Shown here one piece after another: positions 36,370 through 45,264 of a stretch of DNA of 64,000 bases. The stretch covers positions 206,031 to 270,030 of the forward strand of contig MNZB01000003.1 in the NCBI GenBank assembly GCA_001873435.1. Direction: 5' to 3'. Position 1 is the stretch's first letter. Every line of letters begins with the position of its first letter. The notes under the pieces are model-generated. The model saw only the letters and a program-made list of their open reading frames with translations. It made no database searches and was not told the origin of the DNA. This stretch comes from Candidatus Pacebacteria bacterium CG2_30_36_39. GTDB taxonomy: Bacteria; Patescibacteriota; Microgenomatia; UBA1400; PJMF01. Position numbers and translations under genes: made by a program.

Positions 36370-38091
36370 TTAATTTAATTTTGCCTTTTTGCATAATTCA
36401 AGCAAAACAGTCTTTTTTTCTAACGAAATATTTTTTGATTCCCAAGCTCTTAAAGCAATTTTTTCTGGATGAAATCTATTATGGTGAGTATAGATTCTAT
36501 CTGGCTTAAACTGTTCAATAGGAATGGCATCAACATCGTTGCTTGAAGCTACAACTAAGACATTTTTTTCAATTAAGTAACATGGAGCGGTATTGTTTTT
36601 AACAGCCCAAAAATAGACATTGTCCAACTGTTTAATTCCTTCAAGGGTTTTTTCATCACGATTGTTTGCTTGAAATTGAACTAGACTAGGATCTATTTGG
36701 TTGTACCAAGAAAAGAAAATATATGGTTGTGTGTCGGTATTTGTAAAATAAATTTTGTCGTAATTATGTCTGTTATTCCAGATTTCTGTACTAGCTTCTT
36801 TATAAAAACCATGCCAATAAGGCTCAGACATTTCTGGAAAATATATTAACCAATCATGAAAATATAAACCAAAGTTTAAGCCTAAGATTAATATAATACC
36901 TATTTTATAAAATAATGTGAAAGTATAGCTCTTGGTTTTTATTTTAATCCAACTAATACTATCAATGATTCCTTTTGCAGCGAAGAAACAGAGGGCTGGA
37001 ATCATAATGAGCGATCTATTTGGGTTGGTGTCACCACTTGTAAGAGTTGATGGGATTGGAGAGATGAGAAGCCATGATATGAAGAACCAATACATGTTGT
37101 TTCTGTTTTTTGTTGAAAAGATACCAATTATTAAGAATGGCACTAAAAATAAATAAAAGTTTCCATGTATGCTAAACGAAAAAGCAGCAGTTTGGTTGTT
37201 TGAGGGCAATAAATACTCTGGTGAAAAATGTGATGTATATTTTTTTCCCAACTGATTTATTACATACCAGCCTTTATTATTAAAGATTCTCACAAATGGG
37301 TAATTTAGGATTCTATTTCTATAAATCCCTTCTTCCGTTGCACTTGTTATTTCTGTGCTATTCCAAAAAAAGACAGTTTTAGCGCGTTCTCCTCCAAAAG
37401 AAAAAATAGCGTTGTATAGTATTAAAATACTTCCAATTACTAGTATCATCCATGGAGTTTTTTGTTTTAAAATTTGTTTCCAAAATTCTTTTTTATAAAA
37501 AATTATTTGATAAATAAATATTAGAACTGGAACAAATAGTCTGGCTGAATGATAAACATACATGGACATTAATAATAAAATAGCGCCAAGTATATTTAGT
37601 TTTTTATTTTTTACAGTCCAAAACCAGAGTCCCATTAGCATTAATCCAAGTGATGGCATTGGTTCAAAGGCAATTCTTGAGTAATGAAGAAACCATGGGT
37701 TTGTAACAAGTATTAATCCTGTAACTAAAGATAATTTATCTGCTTTTGGTTGGATAAATTTAATTAGCCCTAAAACTCCTATTATTGCAAGAATTACACT
37801 GGGTAATCTGGCCATAGTTTCATTTACTCCACCTATAATAAAAAAAGGAATAATGGCATATGATAAAAATGCAGATTTGTAGTCGCCAAATGATTTAATA
37901 AATAATGGCCAGTTTATCCCCCATTCGTCTTTTCCAGATTTTAATATGCTATAGGCACTGTATCCATTTGCTGATTCATCCCAATGAAAACCGTTTGGAA
38001 CAGAGCCTAAGTTGAATGAGGTTAAAAATATTCCAAGCAGAATAATTAAAATTAGATACAGATTAAATTTTTGAGTTAAAAACTTATACAC
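36370..38091 (-). CDS. Glycosyltransferase family 39 (ArnT/PMT-like) polytopic membrane protein
   Basis: 573 aa with about 11 TM helices. N-terminal region and loop motifs resemble dolichyl-phosphate-mannose / undecaprenyl-phosphate-sugar transferases. Confidence 0.6.
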   Translation of the reverse strand: MYKFLTQKFNLYLILIILLGIFLTSFNLGSVPNGFHWDESANGYSAYSILKSGKDEWGINWPLFIKSFGDYKSAFLSYAIIPFFIIGGVNETMARLPSVILAIIGVLGLIKFIQPKADKLSLVTGLILVTNPWFLHYSRIAFEPMPSLGLMLMGLWFWTVKNKKLNILGAILLLMSMYVYHSARLFVPVLIFIYQIIFYKKEFWKQILKQKTPWMILVIGSILILYNAIFSFGGERAKTVFFWNSTEITSATEEGIYRNRILNYPFVRIFNNKGWYVINQLGKKYTSHFSPEYLLPSNNQTAAFSFSIHGNFYLFLVPFLIIGIFSTKNRNNMYWFFISWLLISPIPSTLTSGDTNPNRSLIMIPALCFFAAKGIIDSISWIKIKTKSYTFTLFYKIGIILILGLNFGLYFHDWLIYFPEMSEPYWHGFYKEASTEIWNNRHNYDKIYFTNTDTQPYIFFSWYNQIDPSLVQFQANNRDEKTLEGIKQLDNVYFWAVKNNTAPCYLIEKNVLVVASSNDVDAIPIEQFKPDRIYTHHNRFHPEKIALRAWESKNISLEKKTVLLELCKKAKLN

Positions 38092-38179
38092 AACTCACAA
38101 GATTTTAATGATTTAATGAAAAATTAGCAATCTTAATAAAAAATAATTTTTTTGAAAACTGGTGAGCAACCGTTTGGCT

Positions 38180-38345
38180 GGTTCAAACTTTTTATCTGAT
38201 GTTGTCCATGCGTTGGAAGACTTTAAAGCCTTCATCGCGAGCATGGGCGAGGCATTTTTACCAACCCCTGCACTTGCATATTAGCCCACCCACGGTGTGG
38301 CCTACACCCCCTGCGTGGGAATTACCCTTAAAGGGGCGACATATA
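38180..38345. other. GC-rich (~55%) structured intergenic element; candidate small ncRNA or recombination site
   Basis: Nested inverted repeats: CCATGC...GCATGG enclosing GGAAGACTTTAAAGCCTTC, and CCCACG-GTGTGGCCTACACC-CCCTG-CGTGGG. No ORF. Lies between the GT39 gene start and the OLD-like gene stop, at the proposed island edge. Confidence 0.25.
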
Positions 38346-38412
38346 CTAATGGTATAGCTTGGTTTATAGGTTAAATAATACCTATATTGAAATATTCATA
38401 TTTCAATAAACA

Positions 38413-40311
38413 TTACTCAGAAATTGGTTCTGTCGGTGATTCTGTTTGAACAGGTGGCGAAATTTCTGTCATTATTTCCTCAACTACTTTTGCTAATTTC
38501 TCGAGATTCTTTTTTGAAGTGTTATCTAATTCATTCAATGTAATAGTACCGTCCTCCACTGCGTTAAAGAAACGAACTGCAAGTAACCCCTTTGATTCTT
38601 TCTTTGTCGGGTGTTTCATATACGTAGAATTCTCTTTAGAAATATCCTTGATATCAATCTGAGCAATCAATTTGGCAAAATTGTCTTTGCTGAAAACATC
38701 TTCTATGCCTTTGCAACCAGGAATTACACGTAAGATTTTGTCTAGTCTTTCTTTTAGTACGTCTCCCGGATATACCTCTTTTCGAACTTTTTCTAGAGTT
38801 TTTCTCCCACTGTCTTCATCATCAACTAATACGCCATATGTAATGCCCCAACCAAATAAAAGGCGCGCAAGTTGAGGTATTGTTGTTGTGCCATTGGCTG
38901 GAAGCAAATGAACATTTTTAATATTTTTGAGCTTGAAAAGTGCTTGTAGATAATAGCAAACACTTACTTCTTCAACAATTATATTGTTCGTTTTATCAAT
39001 AACATTTTGATTAGCAAAACTGCTACCCATGCAATCAAAAATTGGAGTCAATGTATCAGATGATAATGCCCCTAATTGATGTGCACTGAAAACACGCGTG
39101 TTGGCCAAACTATAGTCGTCTCCTTCAATGGTTTCTCTTTGAGCCGCAATTATCCTGTAAAGTCTAGTTAGGTCAAGCAAGTGGTGAGTATGTGTTGTAT
39201 AGATGACTTGAATATTTTTTTTAAGTGTTTCAAAAACTCTTAGTACATCTTCTTGTGCTTTAGCGTGAAGACTACCAGCAGGCTCATCAATTAGGAGTAT
39301 TAAATCTTTTTTAACACCATCGCTGTCCTCACTTTGTTTTTCACTTCTAACTGAACAAGCTTTTAATTGCAAATAAAACGACAAGAACCAGAGCAATCCT
39401 TTGCTTCTTTGTCTTGGGGAGAACTGCACCCCATTCTCAGCTATCCAAAAACTCAAATATGATTCTCCAACAAGCTCTGGTTCATCTTTACCATGTCTTT
39501 GGAAAACAACCTGAATTTCTAGCTCGTCACGATTGCCAATTTTTTGTGACCAAAATTGCCTAAAGTCAGCTGTGAACGAGCGGTATTTTTTTCCTAATTG
39601 GTTGTTTCTCAATCTATCACTAAGTAGTTCAAGCTCATCAACTTTAATGTCTAAAATTTCCAATAGATTCAAAACACCATGTAGTCCTTCAGTTTTGGGA
39701 TTTTTTTTGATGACATCTTTAATGTCAATTTTATCTGGAAGTAAGCTTTCAAAATCTACAAATTTTTGAAATTCAGGTAGAGATGAAACAACTCGGTCAG
39801 TAAACTCTTTAGCCGTTAGTTGTTTCACTGTTGGTTCTGGAGGAGCTGTTGGAGTCTCTGTTTTAGTTTCTCCCACAGTTTGTTTTTCAGCTGGTTGCGG
39901 TTCTGATTCTGGAGGAGCTATTGGAGCAAAAAGTGTTTCTAAATCAAGAAAGTTGATTTTTACTTCGTTCTTTGTCAGTGTCGACCAATTTCTAGTTAAT
40001 GAAATCCTGTTTTCTGCTTCTTTAATTTTTGCCTTCAATCCTCTTGGCAGTTCTCCCTCTTCAAAATTTTCATCAAACCAAGCTTTTTGAATCCTAAAAA
40101 CACAAGTAATCTCTGGAAAGCCGTCTTCTCGTAAAGCATCTGGATTAAGTTTTCCCGTTGAAAATGTTTCAAGCGCCTCGAGTATCGAAGTTTTGCCAGA
40201 CTCATTTTGTCCGATAATTGCTGAAATATTGTCTGCTGGAAAATTAAAAAAACCAGTATTCTGAATCGACTTAAAATTTGAAATTTTGCATGAAATCAAC
40301 TGAGTTCTCAT
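38413..40311 (-). CDS. OLD-family (overcoming lysogenization defect) ABC-type ATPase + TOPRIM nuclease; candidate anti-phage defence protein. A fused PARIS AriAB-like assignment is an alternative.
   Basis: 632 aa. Walker A GQNESGKTS. ABC signature/Q-loop region RSKGLLWFLSF. Walker B/D-loop LILLIDEPAGSLH. H-loop YTTH. C-terminal TOPRIM-like Glu (IIVEEVSV) and DxD (VLVDDEDSG). A Pro/Thr/Glu-rich low-complexity insert (APIAPPESEPQPAEKQTVGETKTETPTAPPEPT) sits inside the ATPase domain. No UvrD-like helicase partner is adjacent. Confidence 0.6.
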   Translation of the reverse strand: MRTQLISCKISNFKSIQNTGFFNFPADNISAIIGQNESGKTSILEALETFSTGKLNPDALREDGFPEITCVFRIQKAWFDENFEEGELPRGLKAKIKEAENRISLTRNWSTLTKNEVKINFLDLETLFAPIAPPESEPQPAEKQTVGETKTETPTAPPEPTVKQLTAKEFTDRVVSSLPEFQKFVDFESLLPDKIDIKDVIKKNPKTEGLHGVLNLLEILDIKVDELELLSDRLRNNQLGKKYRSFTADFRQFWSQKIGNRDELEIQVVFQRHGKDEPELVGESYLSFWIAENGVQFSPRQRSKGLLWFLSFYLQLKACSVRSEKQSEDSDGVKKDLILLIDEPAGSLHAKAQEDVLRVFETLKKNIQVIYTTHTHHLLDLTRLYRIIAAQRETIEGDDYSLANTRVFSAHQLGALSSDTLTPIFDCMGSSFANQNVIDKTNNIIVEEVSVCYYLQALFKLKNIKNVHLLPANGTTTIPQLARLLFGWGITYGVLVDDEDSGRKTLEKVRKEVYPGDVLKERLDKILRVIPGCKGIEDVFSKDNFAKLIAQIDIKDISKENSTYMKHPTKKESKGLLAVRFFNAVEDGTITLNELDNTSKKNLEKLAKVVEEIMTEISPPVQTESPTEPISE

Positions 40312-40459
40312 AGCTAGTGCCTCTACTATTCAATATTACGATGTTTTGGGCAGGTTACCATGAGATAATGGTTTAGCATTCACTATAGCACTTTTCTTGT
40401 GCTGCAAAAGAGCAAATTAATTTATATCCAATAATTCTGTGTCAAGTTCACCTGAACAC

Positions 40460-41182
40460 TTAAAATGAAAACGAAATTTCGGCTCCATTTTTTTTTAGTT
40501 TCATAAATCCTGGCAAGCCATGTGTTTCACCAAAATCATCAGTATAAATATCATCACCGCCAAATCTATCAATTTTGAAACCCAAATTCTTGAATTTATC
40601 ATCGTCCATATCAAGTCGATGTAGCGGATAATCAAATAAGATTTTGAAGTCTTCATCTTCGAAAGTACCCTCCTTGTACTTAAGGCATGGACTAAGAACC
40701 CATGCTCTGTTTCCATCAGCAAACTTAATCAGGCGTTCATACACAGAAAATTCTAAGTTAGGCTCAAACCCATCTTCATCACCAGCCACAATTGAAGAAT
40801 ACAACAAGTTGGTTGTGCCGTCTCTTTTCACGAGACCACTAAGGTTGGAACCGTTGTTATTGGTCGAAACAAAGTAGACATTCTCACCCACCAAATAGTG
40901 AAAGTGAACATAAGCTCTATTGCCAAGTTTCTCTCTGTATTTTTTGTGCCATAGTTCGTTATCTGCTTTACTCCAATCCTTATAGGGTTTGCCTGCACTC
41001 TTAATTCCAGTGAGTTCTCCAAACTTTGGATGACTCATTATTGCCTCCATAACATTCACATTGAAGCTTGTTGAGAATCCAGGGCCTCGCTCATCCTCTA
41101 TTTTTTCAAATCTTTTACTTATAGAGGAGGAAATGCTGTATAAAGAGAATCCGACAACGGCGGTAAAAATGTATGACCACAT
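40460..41182 (-). CDS. Hypothetical membrane-anchored protein (N-terminal TM + ~210-aa soluble domain)
   Basis: 240-aa ORF. N-terminal helix MWSYIFTAVVGFSLYSI. The soluble part is rich in D/E/F/G with no known motif. Immediately upstream of the OLD-like gene in the same orientation. Confidence 0.4.
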   Translation of the reverse strand: MWSYIFTAVVGFSLYSISSSISKRFEKIEDERGPGFSTSFNVNVMEAIMSHPKFGELTGIKSAGKPYKDWSKADNELWHKKYREKLGNRAYVHFHYLVGENVYFVSTNNNGSNLSGLVKRDGTTNLLYSSIVAGDEDGFEPNLEFSVYERLIKFADGNRAWVLSPCLKYKEGTFEDEDFKILFDYPLHRLDMDDDKFKNLGFKIDRFGGDDIYTDDFGETHGLPGFMKLKKNGAEISFSF

Positions 41183-41252
41183 GATGATTATTTTACATCA
41201 AACGATTTAATCTTGCCAGATGAACAGCACTCTCAAATGATATAATTACCTC

Positions 41253-41906
41253 ATGGATAATTATATTGACCAGTGGGAAAAATCCCAGCTGGATGACTAT
41301 GAGCTTAGGAGTTCTCAAGAGGCACTTTCTTTAGCAGCCAAGCAGAACCAAGACCTTGCAAACCAGAGTCGGGGACAGTTTGATATTTTTTATGACAAGA
41401 TTCTTCTATATTCAGCTGGTGCTTTTTCTTTTAGTGTTGCCCTGGTAGGGCTAGTCGTTGGCGACAGAATCAACGCTCTTGCAAAAGCAGGCTTTCTATA
41501 TCCAAATATCTATTGGCTCTACTTAAGCCTCGGTGGTTATCTCATCACATGTGCTATGGTTCTATTATCTAGACGTTTCGATGCTTTGTACCTTGGTCAC
41601 TTCGGCATGGCCAACTACTGCAAACGAAAGAGAGAACAACAGGAAGCTATACATCAGAAACTCCAAAATAGCCAAAGCAATGAAATTCTGGTGACAAAAG
41701 GGGGAACTCGAGAATCTGAAATAGAGATTTGTAAAAGTAACATCCAAAAGTTGAGAAATGCGGAAAATAAGAATGCAAACGCTAGGGATAGAGAACAATT
41801 CTTAAAAAGGCTTTGTCACCAGATTGCTGAATTAATAGTGGTCGTGGCGACTATACTTTTACTATTTTTTACCATTCAGCTAACCCAAGCAATGATTTGG
41901 GGTTGA
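41253..41906 (+). CDS. Hypothetical 2-TM membrane protein with N- and C-terminal helical cytoplasmic segments
   Basis: 217 aa. Two central TM helices (LLYSAGAFSFSVALVGLVV, WLYLSLGGYLITCAMVLL) and a third C-terminal hydrophobic segment. Coiled-coil basic region. Confidence 0.35.
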   Translation: MDNYIDQWEKSQLDDYELRSSQEALSLAAKQNQDLANQSRGQFDIFYDKILLYSAGAFSFSVALVGLVVGDRINALAKAGFLYPNIYWLYLSLGGYLITCAMVLLSRRFDALYLGHFGMANYCKRKREQQEAIHQKLQNSQSNEILVTKGGTRESEIEICKSNIQKLRNAENKNANARDREQFLKRLCHQIAELIVVVATILLLFFTIQLTQAMIWG

Positions 41907-41909
41907 TGT

Positions 41910-42428
41910 TTACTCTGGAATAACTACTTTTAATTCTTTAATTGCTTTACTAAGGGCAGGTTTTAGCCTATGTGAAATACTTGTGAGCTGTCCACCATGA
42001 TTCCTTTGTATTTCTTGATTATGTGTGTAAAGGTTTATTTCTTCGTTGTATAGAGCAACTTCGTTATAAAGACTAATCAAGGATTTTTGTTCTTCAGGTT
42101 TCCACCAATATAAATACATTTTCGTTGATTCCCATGCCGAATCCGGAAATCTCCTATTCCTTGGTAGGTCCTTAACCATATCACTCATCTGCATAATCTC
42201 AGCGTGAATCCAATTCTTGGCTTGTTCAACTCTTTCCATTTTTTCTCTTTCGTCTTTAGCTCTCTCTTTTTTTGCCCTTTCTAACTCTGTTTTTTGAGAC
42301 TGTTCTACCGTGGCATCAATGCTTTTCCTTGTAGCCCAGATAGTTGCAAGGGCACCTGCAGCAGAGCCAATTACACCACTTCCTAATGAGAGAAACACTT
42401 GAAACCAGTCAATCATATTAATGTTCAT
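41910..42428 (-). CDS. Hypothetical TM + coiled-coil protein; last gene of the hydrolase-NTase operon
   Basis: 172 aa. N-terminal TM (WFQVFLSLGSGVIGSAAGALATIWA) then a K/E-rich coiled coil. Start overlaps the upstream gene's stop by 4 nt. Confidence 0.4.
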   Translation of the reverse strand: MNINMIDWFQVFLSLGSGVIGSAAGALATIWATRKSIDATVEQSQKTELERAKKERAKDEREKMERVEQAKNWIHAEIMQMSDMVKDLPRNRRFPDSAWESTKMYLYWWKPEEQKSLISLYNEVALYNEEINLYTHNQEIQRNHGGQLTSISHRLKPALSKAIKELKVVIPE

Positions 42429-43489
42429 TTATATTCCTCCGGCAACTCAATCCCAAACCTCTCACAAAGTGCTTTAACATCATGGAAGTCGCTCGCTCTC
42501 AGCTTATATCCTGTATGAAATTTGACCATCCACTCTGGAGAAATACACTTCACCTCTATATTGTCAACACAACCTTTGCCGCTAAGTGCATCTTTATGAT
42601 AGGAATTGCCGTTTTCTACTGGGCCATAAATACCATTGCCATTTTCATCTAAATTAATAACATGAAAATCAACGAATCGAGCATTTTTGTCACCCATGAT
42701 AAAATTCCAGTCGGTTTCATCACCTCTTTTTACTCGATTAAAACCTCTTACTTTAAGTAGATTAACTACGGAAGTCACGTCCTTTTGTTGAAGAACTAAA
42801 TCAAGGTCACCATGAGCTCTAGTTTGCTTCTCCAATAGAGCATCAACGCCCCAGCCACCATCAAGCCAAAATTCAATATTTTTATCTTTGAATTCTTTTA
42901 TAAGTTCCAACACATACTCCTCTGTCATTGCATCACCCGCGATATGATGCAAAAGAAAAGGAAACTGTCTATATGCTTCGCCAAATGTGCCAACGCTAAA
43001 ATGCTTTTGTCCTGGCAAAACAATTAAATCGCCACCAATTTTTTCATATAGGTATTCAGCGTGCTCGAGAGGGCAATAGGGGTCATTATCTGAGTGGATG
43101 AAGTACCATGTCAGAGACTTTGAATTAATTTTCTTAAAGTCAAATGGTGTGATGAAAAGGTCTTTAAGAGAATCCCATCCCAAATCATCTTTGAATGAAC
43201 CCACTAAGTAGCAGGCTTTGACAACAACACCCTCTGGCAATGCTTGCAAAAGACCGAGAGTAGCTACAGCCCCTGATGAGTGACCAATGATTGTGGTCTC
43301 CTCATCAAACTTCCAGTTTTTGTTGCTCAAAATGAATTCGTTATATCTCTGAATATTGGGTTTATCAGCTCCAGGCAAGTTAGGTGTCCAAACCTCGTAA
43401 CCTCGTGACTTTAATTCAGTCTCAAGCCAAGGAAACCAATTTTCTTGGGAATTGCCGTTTGTGCCGTGGAGGATGAGCGCTTTTTTCAT
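42425..43489 (-). CDS. Fusion protein: N-terminal alpha/beta serine hydrolase (RBBP9/YdeN-like) + C-terminal ANT(2'')/Lnu-type nucleotidyltransferase
   Basis: 354 aa. N-terminal ILHGTNGNSQENWFPWL with nucleophile elbow GHSSG. The C-terminal half aligns to ANT(2'')-Ia: WLDGGWGVDALLEKQTRAHGDLDL vs WIGGGWAIDARLGRVTRKHDDIDL. Its tail VKCISPEWMVKFH compares with VRCNSWEAIIWDY. Confidence 0.7.
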   Translation of the reverse strand: MKKALILHGTNGNSQENWFPWLETELKSRGYEVWTPNLPGADKPNIQRYNEFILSNKNWKFDEETTIIGHSSGAVATLGLLQALPEGVVVKACYLVGSFKDDLGWDSLKDLFITPFDFKKINSKSLTWYFIHSDNDPYCPLEHAEYLYEKIGGDLIVLPGQKHFSVGTFGEAYRQFPFLLHHIAGDAMTEEYVLELIKEFKDKNIEFWLDGGWGVDALLEKQTRAHGDLDLVLQQKDVTSVVNLLKVRGFNRVKRGDETDWNFIMGDKNARFVDFHVINLDENGNGIYGPVENGNSYHKDALSGKGCVDNIEVKCISPEWMVKFHTGYKLRASDFHDVKALCERFGIELPEEYK

Positions 43490-44001
43490 AAATCAATTAA
43501 AGGCTCATCACCTTCCTCCCATACTTCTTCATTAAAAAATTTCATTTTCTTTGGTGTGATTTTGTACATCCTCCCTTTTATCAGTTTCTTCATCATGCCT
43601 TCGTACGTATAGGCATCACTCTTAACATTCAGTGTATTCCTCCAAAGTTTGAGAGCATGAACAATTTTGTTTTTGCTGGTAATCTGCTCTGCTAGTCCAA
43701 AAATCTGAATCCCCATTTTCTTGCTTGCAGGATTTTGTGGTGAATCGGCAATAGCTACCGCCACTTGTGGGTTAGCGGTAATGTGCTTACAGTGAATCGT
43801 TTCTGGGTTGCTTAAGAAATACAAATTCAAGTCATCGTCAAATGAGTAATAAACAGTAGCAATCCAAGGATGTTCTCCCTGAGTTGCTATAACCATTTGT
43901 ACTCTTTCAGTTATGTATTTTCTAGCTAGGTCAAATGCTTTTTTATCACTCATAGACTTCAATCTTCTCAACGTCAACCATTTTGCCGTCAGCCATCTCA
44001 A
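43486..44001 (-). CDS. Pyridoxamine 5'-phosphate oxidase-like FMN-binding split-barrel protein (general stress protein 26 family)
   Basis: 171 aa with a PNPOx-like fold signature. Overlaps its neighbours by 4 nt (operon). Confidence 0.5.
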   Translation of the reverse strand: MRWLTAKWLTLRRLKSMSDKKAFDLARKYITERVQMVIATQGEHPWIATVYYSFDDDLNLYFLSNPETIHCKHITANPQVAVAIADSPQNPASKKMGIQIFGLAEQITSKNKIVHALKLWRNTLNVKSDAYTYEGMMKKLIKGRMYKITPKKMKFFNEEVWEEGDEPLIDL

Positions 44002-44335
44002 ACAGTATGCCTACATTAACCTCTGATTGGTTAACAACGGCATGTGGTAAATATGAAGGCACTTCAATTAGTAAAATTTGCCCATCTGGGTGCATATGTT
44101 CTTCATACTTTGCGCCATTTTCATCTAGCCACACAAACAGTAAGTCACCAATACCAATGAACCATTCTGTTCTTGGATGTTTGTGATTGCCACCAATACT
44201 CAAAGGTGCTAAGTGAACTATCTGTTGGTCTTTGATTTTTTCCTTACCAACAGGAATGTCATCTGTGTTGAGTACCCAGACATCGGTATCAGGTTTTTTG
44301 TAGGTGTAATTTAGTTTGGTGATGATAGGTGTCAT
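43946..44335 (-). CDS. Cupin-domain protein
   Basis: 129 aa. Cupin His/Glu motif region (GGNHKHPRTEWFIGIGDLLF ... HAVVN). The 3' end overlaps the PNPOx-like gene by 56 nt in another frame. Confidence 0.45.
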   Translation of the reverse strand: MTPIITKLNYTYKKPDTDVWVLNTDDIPVGKEKIKDQQIVHLAPLSIGGNHKHPRTEWFIGIGDLLFVWLDENGAKYEEHMHPDGQILLIEVPSYLPHAVVNQSEVNVGILFEMADGKMVDVEKIEVYE

Positions 44336-44340
44336 GTTAT

Positions 44341-45264
44341 TTAATTTACCTGTGTGAGATATTCTCCATTACATGCGTTAACTATTGCTTCAACCCACTG
44401 CTCAGCATTTTTTCTCATTGAATCTTCAGTGCACCATGCAAGTTCGGGGCCTGCCCAAACATTTCCTTCGAAGTTTTCCATCTTAGCCTTACCATCTTCA
44501 AATGCATAACCATATAAGTTACCATTCTTAACCATTTCTAGTAGTAAATCGTGGTTATAAACGGCATGAACATCACTTACAAACATTGCAGTTTTCTTCA
44601 TTGATTTAAGCATGTCGTCAGTCAGCATTCCTTGCGTTTCATCATTTTGGGCAACACAAGGGATGATTACATCAGATGTTTTCAATAACTCTTCAAGTTC
44701 TACACGCTTAAAACGGTCATCCTTTGAACTTTTTGACCAATACTGAACATTCATACCAAGCCCATGACAGTTTTCTGCTACAGCCGTGCCTATATTACCT
44801 ATTCCTATGACTCCTGCAGTTTTGCCTCGTAACTCAATACCTTGATGGGCAATATAATCCTGCTTCCAGCTATCTTTGATAATGATAGGTAGTTTACGTG
44901 CCAAAGCTAGCATCATCATTGTTGCCCACTCTGCGACAGCAATGCTAGAAAAGCCGCGGAGATTCATCACAGGAATGCCTTTTTTTTCTGCGAAGTCTAC
45001 ATCAATCCAGCTAAAAGAAGTTGTTTGCAAAACTATAGCTTTCAGTTGTGGTATTTTGTCGATTATCTTGTTCGGCACTTTCCAATCACAAAAATCAGGG
45101 TCAATAGCAAGAATTCTCTCTTCATTTCCTTCAAGTAAGCCAGGTATTTGTTCAAACGGTGTAATGTCAGAATGAAGGATTACTTCACTGACATCATTAA
45201 GCTGAGACATCTGCTTTTCAGAAAGTAGTGCTTTAATATTTGGGCTAATGAGAAAGAGTTTCAT
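44341..45264 (-). CDS. D-isomer-specific 2-hydroxyacid dehydrogenase (NAD-binding; glyoxylate/hydroxypyruvate/phosphoglycerate dehydrogenase-like)
   Basis: 307 aa. Rossmann GVIGIGNIGTAVA and catalytic R/E/H-region motifs. First gene of the operon. Confidence 0.8.
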   Translation of the reverse strand: MKLFLISPNIKALLSEKQMSQLNDVSEVILHSDITPFEQIPGLLEGNEERILAIDPDFCDWKVPNKIIDKIPQLKAIVLQTTSFSWIDVDFAEKKGIPVMNLRGFSSIAVAEWATMMMLALARKLPIIIKDSWKQDYIAHQGIELRGKTAGVIGIGNIGTAVAENCHGLGMNVQYWSKSSKDDRFKRVELEELLKTSDVIIPCVAQNDETQGMLTDDMLKSMKKTAMFVSDVHAVYNHDLLLEMVKNGNLYGYAFEDGKAKMENFEGNVWAGPELAWCTEDSMRKNAEQWVEAIVNACNGEYLTQVN

